Assembly (NCBI GenBank): GCA_965262555.1
Contig: OZ253543.1
Location: forward strand, 1,627,997-1,691,996
Origin: Vicinamibacterales bacterium
GTDB lineage: Bacteria > Acidobacteriota > Vicinamibacteria > Vicinamibacterales > UBA8438
DNA length: 64,000 bases
Direction of reading: 5' to 3'
Every line of letters begins with the position of its first letter. Within the stretch, counting starts at the first letter, position 1. This document shows positions 8,857 to 21,496 of this stretch, piece after piece. The notes below the pieces were generated by a model. It was not told the DNA's origin. It was given only the letters and a program-made list of their open reading frames with translations, and made no database searches. Both the position numbers and the translations under genes were made by a program.

Positions 8857-10557
8857 GTGCCTCCATCGTCCGACCCAGAGCCCGCGTCCGAGCGGGAGCC
8901 GCGTGGCGTTACGGACGCGCAGCGGCTCGTCGAACGTGCGTACAGCGCGCTCCCCCGCCTAGCCGATCTGGCGCAGGATCAGGTGGATGCGATCGTCGAC
9001 CGGATGGCGGCCGCCGCCGCCACCGAGGCGGAATATCTCGCCGCCGCCGCCGTTGCCGAAACCGGCTACGGCGTCGCCGCGGACAAGGTCCAGAAGAATC
9101 TCTTCGCGGCGCGCGACATCCACAGGTTCATTCGGCCGATGCGGACGGTCGGTGTGATCCGCCGACTGGAGGATCAGCGCGTCATCGAGATCGCCGAGCC
9201 GTTCGGTGTCGTCGCGGCGATCGTGCCCTCCACGAACCCCACGTCCACCGCGATCTGCAAGCTGCTGATCGCGATCAAGGCGCGCTGCCCGATCGTCCTG
9301 AGCCCGCACCCCGCAGCCGTCGGCTGCGTCGGACGGACCGTGGCGACGATGGACCGTGCGGCGCGCGACGCCGGCATGCCCGAGGGCGCGATCGGCTGCC
9401 TCTCGGAGGTGTCGCTCGAGGCGACGCAGGCGCTGATGACGCACCGGCGCGTCGCGGTGATCCTGGCGACCGGCGGCATGGGCCTGGTGCGCGCCGCGTA
9501 CTCCGCCGGCAAGCCGGCGTATGGGGTCGGTCCTGGAAATGCGCCCGCCTACATCGAGCGGACCGCCGACGTCGCGAAGGCGGTGGCGGACATCGTCACC
9601 GGCAAGACATTCGACAACGGCCTCCTCTGCTCGTCGGAGAACGCCGTGGTGGTGGACGCCGCGATCGACGGTGCGGTACGGCGCGCGTTCAAGGCTGAGG
9701 GGTGCTATTTCCTTCGACCGCCGGAGGCGGCGGCGCTGGCGGACCTGCTTGTCACGCCGCAGCGACTGCCGAACCCGGCCTGTGTCGGCCGCGACGCCGG
9801 GACAATCGCCCGACAGGCAGGCCTGACCGTGCCGAGCGGCACGCGCGTGCTGATCGCGCCCCTCGATGGTGTCGGCCGCGACTACCCCCTCTCGATCGAG
9901 AAACTCTGCCCGGTGCTTGCCTACTACGTCGTCGAGGGCTGGCGGGCGGGTTGTGAACGCTGTAAGGAAATCCTCCGCTACGGCGGGATGGGTCACACGA
10001 TGGGGATCCACTCGCGCGACCAGGCGGTGATCCTGGAGTTCGGCCTGAAGAAGCCGGCGTTCCGGATCGTCGTCAATACGCCGACCACGCTCGGATCGAT
10101 CGGCATGACGACCGGACTGGATCCGTCAATGACGCTCGGGTGCGGCGGTTGGGGCGGCAACATCACCTCCGACAACATCGGGCCGATGCACCTTCTGAAC
10201 ATCAAGCGCCTGGCGTTCGAAACCCGCTCCGCGCCGCGATCGGGGGCATCAACAGAACCGGCCGCGGCGTCCGCAGCCGAACCGGCAGTGTCGGCGGCGA
10301 GGGCCGGCGGACTCGATGCGCGCGTCGTCGCGGATCGGGTCGAGGCGATGCTTACCAGAAGCGGAAGCACGGCGGGCGGGCCGATCACGCCGCCACCCCG
10401 GGTCAGCGAGGCGGCCCCGTTTGTCTGCGAGGACGACGTCCGCGCCGCGCTGCGCGAGTCGCGCACGATCGTCATCGGACGCCGCACGATCATTACCCCC
10501 GCCGCCCGGGACCTGGCCGCCCGTCACAGAGTCTTCGTCGAAGCCGCCGACAATTGA
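8857..10557 (+). CDS. CoA-acylating aldehyde dehydrogenase (EutE/PduP-like) with C-terminal extension
   Basis: PSTNPTST, ATGG, GVGPGN, KTFDNG..CSSE catalytic Cys, EKLCP, GHT, TLGCG.WG.N. Confidence 0.92.
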   Translation: MPPSSDPEPASEREPRGVTDAQRLVERAYSALPRLADLAQDQVDAIVDRMAAAAATEAEYLAAAAVAETGYGVAADKVQKNLFAARDIHRFIRPMRTVGVIRRLEDQRVIEIAEPFGVVAAIVPSTNPTSTAICKLLIAIKARCPIVLSPHPAAVGCVGRTVATMDRAARDAGMPEGAIGCLSEVSLEATQALMTHRRVAVILATGGMGLVRAAYSAGKPAYGVGPGNAPAYIERTADVAKAVADIVTGKTFDNGLLCSSENAVVVDAAIDGAVRRAFKAEGCYFLRPPEAAALADLLVTPQRLPNPACVGRDAGTIARQAGLTVPSGTRVLIAPLDGVGRDYPLSIEKLCPVLAYYVVEGWRAGCERCKEILRYGGMGHTMGIHSRDQAVILEFGLKKPAFRIVVNTPTTLGSIGMTTGLDPSMTLGCGGWGGNITSDNIGPMHLLNIKRLAFETRSAPRSGASTEPAAASAAEPAVSAARAGGLDARVVADRVEAMLTRSGSTAGGPITPPPRVSEAAPFVCEDDVRAALRESRTIVIGRRTIITPAARDLAARHRVFVEAADN

Positions 10558-10562
10558 CCCGG

Positions 10563-10589
10563 CAGTCGGCGGGGGCCGCTCGCCGGCTG
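10563..10589. terminator. GC-rich hairpin between convergent genes
   Basis: CAGTCGGCGGG / CTCGCCGGCTG inverted repeat (with G-U pairs) just after the aldehyde dehydrogenase stop; no U-tract. Confidence 0.35.
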
Positions 10590-10604
10590 ACGACACGCTC
10601 TGAC

Positions 10605-11291
10605 TCAGGCAGAGACGCGGTGCCGCAGGAGGGTCCAGACGGCCTGGACGAAGTCGATCCAGGAGATCTTCTTGCCCTCGGCGAAGCTGCGGCCCCGGTA
10701 ACGGATTGGCACTTCCCGGATCGGGATGCCCCGCTTCAGGATCCTCGCTGTAATCTCCGGTTCGAAGTCGAAGCCGTTGGCAACCGTGTCGATCTGCTGC
10801 AGCAGGGACCGGTCGATCAGCTTGTAGCAGGTTTCCATGTCGGTGAGCGACGAGCCGTAGCAGACGTTCGTCAGCCAGGTCAGGAGTCGGTTACCGACGC
10901 GGTGGCGGATGGACATTGCGGGGCGCTTCACGGCCAGGCGCGATCCGTACACGACCTGCGCTCCCTCGGTGGCGGCGACATCAAGCAGTACCTGAAAGTC
11001 GGCCGGGTCGTACTCGAGATCCGCGTCCTGCACGATCACGAAATCGCCGGTCGCGCGTGCGAAGCCGGCCCGCAGCGCCGCCCCCTTGCCCCGGTTGCGT
11101 TCCTGCAGCAGCAGCGTCATCCCGCCGTGGTCGTGCGCGGCACGCTCTTGCAGCAGCTCCCGCGTTCCGTCGGTCGAGCCGTCGTCGACAACGATGACCT
11201 CCGTGTCCACATCGACCGCCGCGACGCGGTCAAGCAGTTCGAGGATCGTCGCCCGCTCGTTGTAGACCGGGATCACGACAGAGAGACGCAT
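10605..11291 (-). CDS. Glycosyltransferase family 2 (polyprenol-phosphate sugar transferase, DPM1-like)
   Basis: LSVVIPVYNE, VVDDGSTDGT, NRGKGAA, QDADLEY, DMETCYK, FDFEPEIT. Confidence 0.93.
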   Translation of the reverse strand: MRLSVVIPVYNERATILELLDRVAAVDVDTEVIVVDDGSTDGTRELLQERAAHDHGGMTLLLQERNRGKGAALRAGFARATGDFVIVQDADLEYDPADFQVLLDVAATEGAQVVYGSRLAVKRPAMSIRHRVGNRLLTWLTNVCYGSSLTDMETCYKLIDRSLLQQIDTVANGFDFEPEITARILKRGIPIREVPIRYRGRSFAEGKKISWIDFVQAVWTLLRHRVSA

Positions 11292-11338
11292 GGCGAGGTG
11301 GGTGAACGCACCGGATCATAGTCTGCGGACGTGGTCGG

Positions 11339-11354
11339 TGGCACGGTTCTTGCT
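11339..11354 (+). promoter_or_regulatory. Sigma54 (RpoN) -24/-12 promoter
   Basis: TGGCAC-GGTTC-TTGCT matches the TGGCAC-N5-TTGCW consensus; ends 14 nt upstream of the comM ATG. Confidence 0.7.
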
Positions 11355-11368
11355 TCTCGGATGCGGGT

Positions 11369-12886
11369 ATGCTGGCAACACTCCGGTCTGCCGCGGTCGC
11401 TGGCATCACCGCCTCGGTGGTCGACATCCAGGTGGATGTCTCTGACACGGGAATACCCACCTTCGCCATCGTCGGTCTCCCTGATTCCACGGTTCGCGAG
11501 AGCCGCGACCGGATCCGGAGCGCGCTTGAGAATGCGGAGTACCAGTTTCCGCAGCGCCGGGTCATCGTCAACCTGGCGCCGGCCGGCACTCGGAAATCCG
11601 GCGCGTCGTTCGACTTGCCGATCGCGCTCGGCCTGCTCGTGGCGCTCGGTCATCTCCCCCCCGGACCGTTCGTGAAGACCCTTGTCATCGGGGAGCTGTC
11701 GCTTGACGGCCGGGTGCAGTCGTCGCACGGCGTCTTACCGGTGGCGCTGCTGGCCGCACAGCATGCCTGCCGGCTACTGCTCCCCGCTGCCAACATTCGC
11801 GAGGGACAGATCGTTGAGGGGCTCGACCTGATCCCAGCCCGGACACTGGTGCAAATCATCGAGGATCTGCAGCGGGGCACGCGAACGGCCGGTCAGCCGC
11901 CGGCCACGTCCCCCCAGCGCTGCACTGAACAGACGCCGACGCTCGACCTCGCAGACGTCCATGGCCAGGCGGGCGCACGGCGCGCAGCGGAGGTTGCCGC
12001 GGCTGGCCGGCACAACCTGTTGATGGTCGGCCCGCCGGGGGCCGGCAAGACACTCCTTGCCCGCCGCATCCCCGGTCTGTTGCCGCCCCCCAGTCTCCAG
12101 GAAGCGATCGCCGCAACGTCGATTCACTCGGTCGCCGGCCTGCTCGACCCGTCGGACGGCCTGCTGGCGGAACGGCCATTCCGTGCGCCGCACCACACCG
12201 CTTCCGGCGCCGCACTCATTGGCGGCGGGCGCGAGCCGCGGCCGGGTGAGATCAGCCTGGCCCATAACGGCGTCCTGTTCCTCGACGAGATGGTGGAATT
12301 CGACCGGCGCGCGCTCGAAGCGTTGCGCGAGCCGCTCGAGGACGGAGTGGTCAGGATTTCGCGGGTATCTCGAACCATGCAGTTCCCGGCGCGGTTCCTG
12401 CTGGTCGGTGCGATGAACCCCTGTCCGTGCGGCTACGCCGGCGAGGCGTCGGGCCGCTGCCGCTGCACGCCGGCCAACCTCCGCCGGTACCACGACCGCA
12501 TCTCCGGGCCACTGCGCGACCGGATCGACTTGACCGTCCGGGTCGACCCGGTGCCGTTCCGGGCGCTGGCCAGTGACACTCCGGGCGAGTCGTCCGCGGC
12601 GGTTCGCGGACGCGTGGAACAGGCGCGCGCGCGCCAAGCGTCCCGCGAGCACACCGGTGCCGGCCGGACGAATGCCGACTTCACGGGCCGCGCCCTCAAG
12701 CAGCACTGCGCACTCGATGCGCCAAGCCTGGCCCTGATCGAGCGGGCGATGGCGCGCCTTGGCCTGACCGGTCGCAGCTTCGACCGTGTCCGCCGCGTGG
12801 CCCGGACGATCGCCGATCTCGACGGCTCCGACACCATCCGGCGACCCCATGTCGCGGAGGCGCTCCACTACCGGGGCAGCGACTGA
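11369..12886 (+). CDS. comM: YifB/ComM Mg-chelatase-like AAA+ ATPase (transformation helicase family)
   Basis: IVGLPD..VRESR.R, NLAPA, DLPIALG, GPPGAGKT, PFRAPHH, GEISLAHNGVLFLDE, AMNPCPCG, SGPL.DRID. Confidence 0.95.
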   Translation: MLATLRSAAVAGITASVVDIQVDVSDTGIPTFAIVGLPDSTVRESRDRIRSALENAEYQFPQRRVIVNLAPAGTRKSGASFDLPIALGLLVALGHLPPGPFVKTLVIGELSLDGRVQSSHGVLPVALLAAQHACRLLLPAANIREGQIVEGLDLIPARTLVQIIEDLQRGTRTAGQPPATSPQRCTEQTPTLDLADVHGQAGARRAAEVAAAGRHNLLMVGPPGAGKTLLARRIPGLLPPPSLQEAIAATSIHSVAGLLDPSDGLLAERPFRAPHHTASGAALIGGGREPRPGEISLAHNGVLFLDEMVEFDRRALEALREPLEDGVVRISRVSRTMQFPARFLLVGAMNPCPCGYAGEASGRCRCTPANLRRYHDRISGPLRDRIDLTVRVDPVPFRALASDTPGESSAAVRGRVEQARARQASREHTGAGRTNADFTGRALKQHCALDAPSLALIERAMARLGLTGRSFDRVRRVARTIADLDGSDTIRRPHVAEALHYRGSD

Positions 12887-12930
12887 CGTGGTTGCACCGT
12901 CGCTGGCAGGTGTCTCCACGGATTGGTTTG

Positions 12931-12939
12931 TGCTAAAAT
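12931..12939 (+). promoter_or_regulatory. Extended -10 promoter TGCTAAAAT for M23-secA-guaB
   Basis: TGnTAAAAT in an AT-rich patch about 50 nt upstream of ATG 12991. Confidence 0.5.
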
Positions 12940-12990
12940 TCCCAAACTCCAGTGAGATCGGCGCGTGCACCTCAGGGGCCGAGTTGGCCT

Positions 12991-13878
12991 ATGCCGTCAA
13001 AGCGCTACACCGTCATCGTCTCCGACCGGGACAGCGGCCAGGTTCGACGCGGCACCGTTGCCGCCCGCCCTGTCGTGGCGCTGCTGGCGATGCTGGTGCT
13101 GCTACCGGCCGGCTGGATGAGCCTCTCACGGTGGGCCACGCAGGCAGAGATCAGAGGCCTCCGTTCCGAGAACGCCCGCCTGCAGGTGGCGAGCACCAGC
13201 TACCGCACCACGGCCACCGGCCTGATGACTCAGTTGGCAGTGTTACAGTCCGCCATCGATAACCTGGCGGCACGCACCGATGCCGCTGCCCCGGCGCAGG
13301 TTGCGGTAGACCGGCTGCCGACGGCGGTCCCGCTGTCGGATCCGATCAGTGCACCGCTCCCGGCGCCCGGACCGACGTTCGACCGGCTCCGTGACCTGCT
13401 CACGTCGCTTGAGGGGGAGTTGGCCGCAGTGCGGCATAGCGTTGCCGTCCGCGAGACACTCGCCGCAGCGACCCCGACGATCTGGCCGGCGGACGGGTGG
13501 GTGTCGAGCGGGTACGGCTATCGGGCCGATCCGTTCACCGGCGCGCGGGAATTCCATTCCGCCATCGACATCTCGACCCCTGCCGGACAGCCTGTCTATG
13601 CCACCGCCACCGGGCTGATCTCGACCGCCGGGCGCAACGGCCACTACGGCAACATGGTCGCGATTACGCACGGCTTCGATCTGACCACCCGCTATGGCCA
13701 CCTCTCGGCGTTCGCCGTTGGCGTCGGCGACACGGTTGACCGAGGTGACATCATCGGGTACGTCGGCGACACCGGGCGCGCCACTGGCCACCATGTCCAC
13801 TACGAAGTGGCGGTCAACGGCCGGACCATCAATCCGCTCCGCCTCCTGACTGACGCCGACCCGATTGCCGCAAACTGA
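12991..13878 (+). CDS. M23 family metallopeptidase (peptidoglycan DD-endopeptidase)
   Basis: TM helix, coiled coil, HxxxD (HSAID), YGHL, HxH (HVHYEV); upstream of secA. Confidence 0.9.
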   Translation: MPSKRYTVIVSDRDSGQVRRGTVAARPVVALLAMLVLLPAGWMSLSRWATQAEIRGLRSENARLQVASTSYRTTATGLMTQLAVLQSAIDNLAARTDAAAPAQVAVDRLPTAVPLSDPISAPLPAPGPTFDRLRDLLTSLEGELAAVRHSVAVRETLAAATPTIWPADGWVSSGYGYRADPFTGAREFHSAIDISTPAGQPVYATATGLISTAGRNGHYGNMVAITHGFDLTTRYGHLSAFAVGVGDTVDRGDIIGYVGDTGRATGHHVHYEVAVNGRTINPLRLLTDADPIAAN

Positions 13879-13902
13879 CCACCCGCCCGACCGGGGCCTG
13901 AT

Positions 13903-16818
<2,916 letters not shown>

Positions 16819-16829
16819 GGGGAGACCGA

Positions 16830-18362
16830 ATGGCAGTACAGACCGGGACCGCGACAGCGCCTAAGACGGACACCGGGTTCGCAATGGCGTTGACGTTCGA
16901 TGACATCCTGCTCCGACCGCGCCACTCGGCCACCCTGCCGAGTGCGGTCGACGTCAACACGCGCCTGACGCGGAACATCGCGCTCAACCTGCCGCTAGTC
17001 AGTGCCGCCATGGACACCGTCACCGAGGCGCCGATGGCCATTGCGATGGCGCAACTCGGCGGCATCGGCATCATCCATAAGAACCTCGACGTCGCCGAGC
17101 AGGCGTCCGAGGTGGATCGGGTGAAGCGGTCGGAGAGCGGGATGATCGTCAATCCAATCACCCTCTCGCCACAGGCCCGGATCTACCAGGCGCTCGACCT
17201 GATGAAGAAGTACCGGATCTCGGGCGTGCCGATTACCGAGGATGGCCGGAACGAGGGGCGCCTGGTCGGCATCCTGACGAACCGCGACCTCCGTTTTCTC
17301 CGCGACGTCGATCAACCGATCGCCGAGGCGATGACGGGCGACAACCTGATTACCGTCCCGGTCGGTACAACCCTCGCCCAGGCGGAGGAAATTCTGCACC
17401 GCCACCGGGTCGAGAAGCTGCTCGTGGTGGATGCCGACTTCAACCTGCGCGGCCTGATCACGGTGAAGGACATCCAGAAGGCGATGAAGTACCCCACCGC
17501 CAGCAAGGATCCGCTCGGCCGGCTGCGGGTCGGCGCGGCGGTCGGCATCGGGCAGGACGCCGTCGAACGGGCGGAGGCGCTCGCCGCCGCGCATGTGGAC
17601 GTCCTGGTGCTCGACAGCGCGCACGGCCACTCGCAGAACGTGCTCGATGCGGCGCGGCGGTTGCGTACGGCGTTCCCCGATATCGATCTGATTGCCGGCA
17701 ACGTCGCGACGGCCGAGGGGACGCGCGCGCTGATCGACGCCGGGGTCGACGCCGTGAAGGTGGGGATCGGATCAGGGTCGATCTGCACGACGCGGATCAT
17801 CGCGGGTATCGGCGTGCCGATGGTGACCGCCGTGCTCGACAGCGCGCGCGCCGCGGCCGACGCCGACATCCCGATCGTTGCCGATGGCGGCATCCGGTAC
17901 TCGGGCGACATCACGAAGGCGTTGGCCTGCGGCGCGAGCGCGGTGATGATGGGGAGTCTGTTTGCGGGGACCGACGAGAGTCCGGGCGAGTTGATTCTTT
18001 TCCAGGGCCGCAGTTTCAAGGAATACCGCGGCATGGGATCGATCGGCGCGATGCGCCGCGGCAGTCGCGACCGCTACTTCCAGGAGGAGTTCGAGTTGAG
18101 CGCGGCTCCGGCAGAGAGCGATCAGAAACTCGTGCCGGAGGGCATCGAGGGGCGCGTCCCGTGCAAGGGAACGGTGGCGACCATGGTGCATCAGTTGGTG
18201 GGTGGCCTGCGCGCCGGGATGGGCTACTGCGGCGCACCGACCCTCGGCGCGCTGCGGCAAAACGCCGAGTTCATACGGATCACGCCAGCGGGTGTGCACG
18301 AGAGTCACATCCACGACGTGGTGATCACGAAGGAAGCGCCGAACTACCGCACCCGGGACTGA
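16830..18362 (+). CDS. guaB: IMP dehydrogenase
   Basis: [19 protein letters not shown] pair, [11 protein letters not shown] catalytic Cys, ADGGI, YRGMGS, PEGIEG; start after GGAG RBS. Confidence 0.98.
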   Translation: MAVQTGTATAPKTDTGFAMALTFDDILLRPRHSATLPSAVDVNTRLTRNIALNLPLVSAAMDTVTEAPMAIAMAQLGGIGIIHKNLDVAEQASEVDRVKRSESGMIVNPITLSPQARIYQALDLMKKYRISGVPITEDGRNEGRLVGILTNRDLRFLRDVDQPIAEAMTGDNLITVPVGTTLAQAEEILHRHRVEKLLVVDADFNLRGLITVKDIQKAMKYPTASKDPLGRLRVGAAVGIGQDAVERAEALAAAHVDVLVLDSAHGHSQNVLDAARRLRTAFPDIDLIAGNVATAEGTRALIDAGVDAVKVGIGSGSICTTRIIAGIGVPMVTAVLDSARAAADADIPIVADGGIRYSGDITKALACGASAVMMGSLFAGTDESPGELILFQGRSFKEYRGMGSIGAMRRGSRDRYFQEEFELSAAPAESDQKLVPEGIEGRVPCKGTVATMVHQLVGGLRAGMGYCGAPTLGALRQNAEFIRITPAGVHESHIHDVVITKEAPNYRTRD

Positions 18363-18775
18363 TCGATCGTCACCGTACGGTCGTCGCCGCCGCTGTCGCC
18401 GATCCGGACCGCGATCGCGTCGGGCGGCGCAACCGGCAGGCGATCCGCCCACTCCACCGCGACGATTGCATCACCTGCCGCCAGCTCCAGAAGCTGCAGT
18501 TCGAACTCTGCCGCCTCCGCGTTGTTCAGCCGGTAGAGGTCGACATGATGCACGGTGCGGCGACCGGCGTATTCCTGGGCCAGGACGAACGTCGGACTGC
18601 TCACCTCGTCCGGTGATCCGCCAGCTCCCTCCACTAACCCCCGGACGAACACGGTCTTTCCGGCGCCCAGCTCACCATAGAGCAGAACGGTCGCCGGGAT
18701 GCCGGCATCGATCGACGCCGCCAGGTCACGTGCGACCCGGTGCGTCTCCGCCTCGGAATGAGTCTCGTACGTCAC
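18344..18775 (-). CDS. tsaE: tRNA threonylcarbamoyladenosine biosynthesis ATPase
   Basis: [24 protein letters not shown]. Confidence 0.95.
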   Translation of the reverse strand: MTYETHSEAETHRVARDLAASIDAGIPATVLLYGELGAGKTVFVRGLVEGAGGSPDEVSSPTFVLAQEYAGRRTVHHVDLYRLNNAEAAEFELQLLELAAGDAIVAVEWADRLPVAPPDAIAVRIGDSGGDDRTVTIDQSRVR

Positions 18776-20364
18776 GCGCCGTCCGCGTCCCCCTCCTGCG
18801 CCAGCGCTGCCGCCGCGCGCCCGAGGCGTACGGCGATGTCCCCCGCGATCAGGCCGGTCTCGCCCACGTCCCGCGCGGCAAGATCACCCGCAAGGCCATG
18901 CAGGTGCACCGCCAGGGCGATCGCGTCCGTCAGATGAGGCACCTGGCCGATCCAGGCGGCAATCGCGCCGGTCAGGACGTCGCCGCTCCCGCCGGTCGCC
19001 ATCCCCGGATTGCCTGTCGCGTTTATTCGGACCGTGCCATCCGGTGCCGCGATCACCGTGCGCGCCCCCTTCAGCACCACGTGCAGGTCGTGCGCCTGGG
19101 CGAACGCGCGCGCAATGCCGATCCGGTCACACTGCACCGCGGCGGCCGTGGTGTCGGCCAGGCGCGCCATCTCGCCCGGGTGCGGCGTGATCACGACCTC
19201 GGCGTTACGATCGCCGCGGAGGCGTTCCGGCGCCGCCGCACAGACGTTCAGCGCGTCGGCATCGAGCACGAGCGGCGCGGCGGTCCCCCGATCGAGCAAC
19301 GCCTGCACCAGTCTGCACGCCCCCTCCCCTGTCCCGAGTCCCGGTCCGGCGGCGATGACGTCGGCCGGTTGCGCCAGGAGGCCGTCCAGTCCGTGGCCGG
19401 TGACGCCGCCGGCGCAATCCGGCAGCGGGTACGTCATGTATTCCGGCACGCGGGCCACCATCTCGAGGCATGATTCCGGCGTGGCGACGGTGACCAACCC
19501 TGCGCCGGCCCGGAGCGCACCCAGGCCGGCCAGTTGCGCAGCGCCGGTCTTGCCGAGCGAGCCGGCGACGATCAGGACGCGGCCGCACTCCCCCTTGTGT
19601 GTGTCGCGGCGGCGAGTCGGCAGCCGGCGCCGGAGCGCCGCCGGCGTCAGGAGATCGATCCGAGGGCCATCGAGCGCATCGACGAGGTCAGCCGGGATGC
19701 CGATGTCCGCCACCGTCAGCGTGCCGGCGTGGTCGGGGTGCAACAGCAGCGTCAGCTTCGGCGCGGCGAACGTGACGGTCAGCGTCGCGCGCACGGCCGG
19801 CGCGGCGTCGCCGTTTCCCCACCCGTCCACGGTGGCCGGCGCCCGTTCCAGGAGGCCGGACGGCACGTCGATCGACACAACCGGTGCTGCCGCGGCATTC
19901 ACATCCGCCGCCACGCGCGCCAGTAGTCCGGCGAGCGGGCGGTTCAACCCGGTGCCGACGAGCGCGTCGATGATGAGCCCGGTGTCCGCCAGGCGCCGCG
20001 CCGCGGACGTCCAGGCCGCATTGTCCGCGACCTCGACAATCGGGACTCCCGCGTGCCGCGCGCCGTCGAGCATCTCGCGCGCATCGCCGGCCACATCCGA
20101 GACGCGGCCGACGAGGAGGGCGGTAACCTCACACACCCCGCGTGCGTGGAGCGACCGCGCCACCACCCAGCCGTCCCCACCGTTATTGCCACGCCCGCAC
20201 AGGACCACGACCGAGCCACCGCCAAGACGTCCCGGCAGCCACGCGTCGATCGCCGCCACCACTTCCCGGCCGGCGTGCTCCATCAGCGCGATCGACGGCA
20301 TCCCGCGTTCCTCGATCGCCTGCCGATCCAGCTCGCGCATCTGCGACGCGGTGACCACGCGCAT
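18772..20364 (-). CDS. nnr: Bifunctional NAD(P)H-hydrate epimerase/dehydratase
   Basis: CGRGNNGGDG, DALVGTG, DVPSG, HKG..G, GPGLG, DADALN, TPHPGE, GGSGDVLTG. Confidence 0.95.
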   Translation of the reverse strand: MRVVTASQMRELDRQAIEERGMPSIALMEHAGREVVAAIDAWLPGRLGGGSVVVLCGRGNNGGDGWVVARSLHARGVCEVTALLVGRVSDVAGDAREMLDGARHAGVPIVEVADNAAWTSAARRLADTGLIIDALVGTGLNRPLAGLLARVAADVNAAAAPVVSIDVPSGLLERAPATVDGWGNGDAAPAVRATLTVTFAAPKLTLLLHPDHAGTLTVADIGIPADLVDALDGPRIDLLTPAALRRRLPTRRRDTHKGECGRVLIVAGSLGKTGAAQLAGLGALRAGAGLVTVATPESCLEMVARVPEYMTYPLPDCAGGVTGHGLDGLLAQPADVIAAGPGLGTGEGACRLVQALLDRGTAAPLVLDADALNVCAAAPERLRGDRNAEVVITPHPGEMARLADTTAAAVQCDRIGIARAFAQAHDLHVVLKGARTVIAAPDGTVRINATGNPGMATGGSGDVLTGAIAAWIGQVPHLTDAIALAVHLHGLAGDLAARDVGETGLIAGDIAVRLGRAAAALAQEGDADGA

Positions 20365-20527
20365 GACCCGATCCTATCCGGTTGTGTTCGCCGGGTAGGC
20401 TGGCGCCCACGTCGACACCGGTGCGGACAGCGCATAATCTCAGCAGCGACCTGACTGACGGACTGTCGGCTCGACGTCGGCGCATCCGGAACATCGACTC
20501 CGGCGCATCCCAGGACACGTAGCCCGT

Positions 20528-21391
20528 ATGGAGATTGCGGTAAACGTCAACGGACGGATCAGCGACGGGCGCGAGGCGACGGTGCCGGCGCTCGACTACG
20601 GCTACCTCTTTGGCGACGGCGTCTACGAGACGCTCCGGACGTACCAGTGCCGGCCGTTCCTGATCGACCGGCACCTGGCACGGTTTCGCGCGTCAGCGGA
20701 TCAGTTGGCGCTGCCGATGCCGCTCGACGATGCCGCCTGGGTGCTTCGGATCGACGAGACGATGGCGGCGCTTGCCGGCGCCGGCGACGTGACGATCCGC
20801 CTGCTGCTCACACGGGGCGTCGGCGACTTCAGCTACGACCCCAACGCCTGCCCGTCTCCCACCGCGGTGATCATCGTCCGCCCGCTGGCCGAGGTGCCTG
20901 CGGATCAGGTGCGCGAGGGGATCGCGATTGTCGTCGCGTCGCTGATCCGCAACCCTCCGGCGGCCCTCAACCCGAGGATCAAGTCGAACAACCTGCTGAA
21001 CAACATCCTGGCGATGCAGGAGGCGATCCGTGCCGGCGCGGGCGAGGCGCTGCTGCTGAACGATCGGGGCGAGCTGGCGGAGTGCGCGCAGTCGAACATC
21101 TTCCTGGTGCGCGACGGCGCCGCGCTGACGCCACCGCTCGATGCCGGCCTGCTCGAGGGGGTCACGCGCAACTTCGTCTTCGAGGTGGGCGACGCGGCCG
21201 GGGTACCGGTCCGCGAGGCAGGGCTTTGGCGCGACGACCTGGCGGCGGCGGACGAGCTGTTCATCACCAGTACGACGCGCGAAGTGCTGGGCGTCACCCG
21301 CGTTGACGGGGCGGCGGTGGGCGACGGCCGCGTGGGGCCGGTGACGCGCATCCTTGCCACGGAGTTCCGCCGCCTCGCCGAGCACGCGTAA
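20528..21391 (+). CDS. Aminotransferase class IV (branched-chain/D-amino acid aminotransferase family)
   Basis: GYLFGDGVYET, HLARF..SA, IKSNN PLP Lys, E....NIF, LEGVTR, ELFITST. Confidence 0.92.
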   Translation: MEIAVNVNGRISDGREATVPALDYGYLFGDGVYETLRTYQCRPFLIDRHLARFRASADQLALPMPLDDAAWVLRIDETMAALAGAGDVTIRLLLTRGVGDFSYDPNACPSPTAVIIVRPLAEVPADQVREGIAIVVASLIRNPPAALNPRIKSNNLLNNILAMQEAIRAGAGEALLLNDRGELAECAQSNIFLVRDGAALTPPLDAGLLEGVTRNFVFEVGDAAGVPVREAGLWRDDLAAADELFITSTTREVLGVTRVDGAAVGDGRVGPVTRILATEFRRLAEHA

Positions 21392-21496
21392 CGTCGTGCC
21401 TGCACAAGGCTGCTCCAGCGGCGCGATCCGCGGCGCCGCCGAAACGCCCGCGGCCGCGCGCACGCCGACGGGCCACGCCGAGGCTGTTGTCACCCG

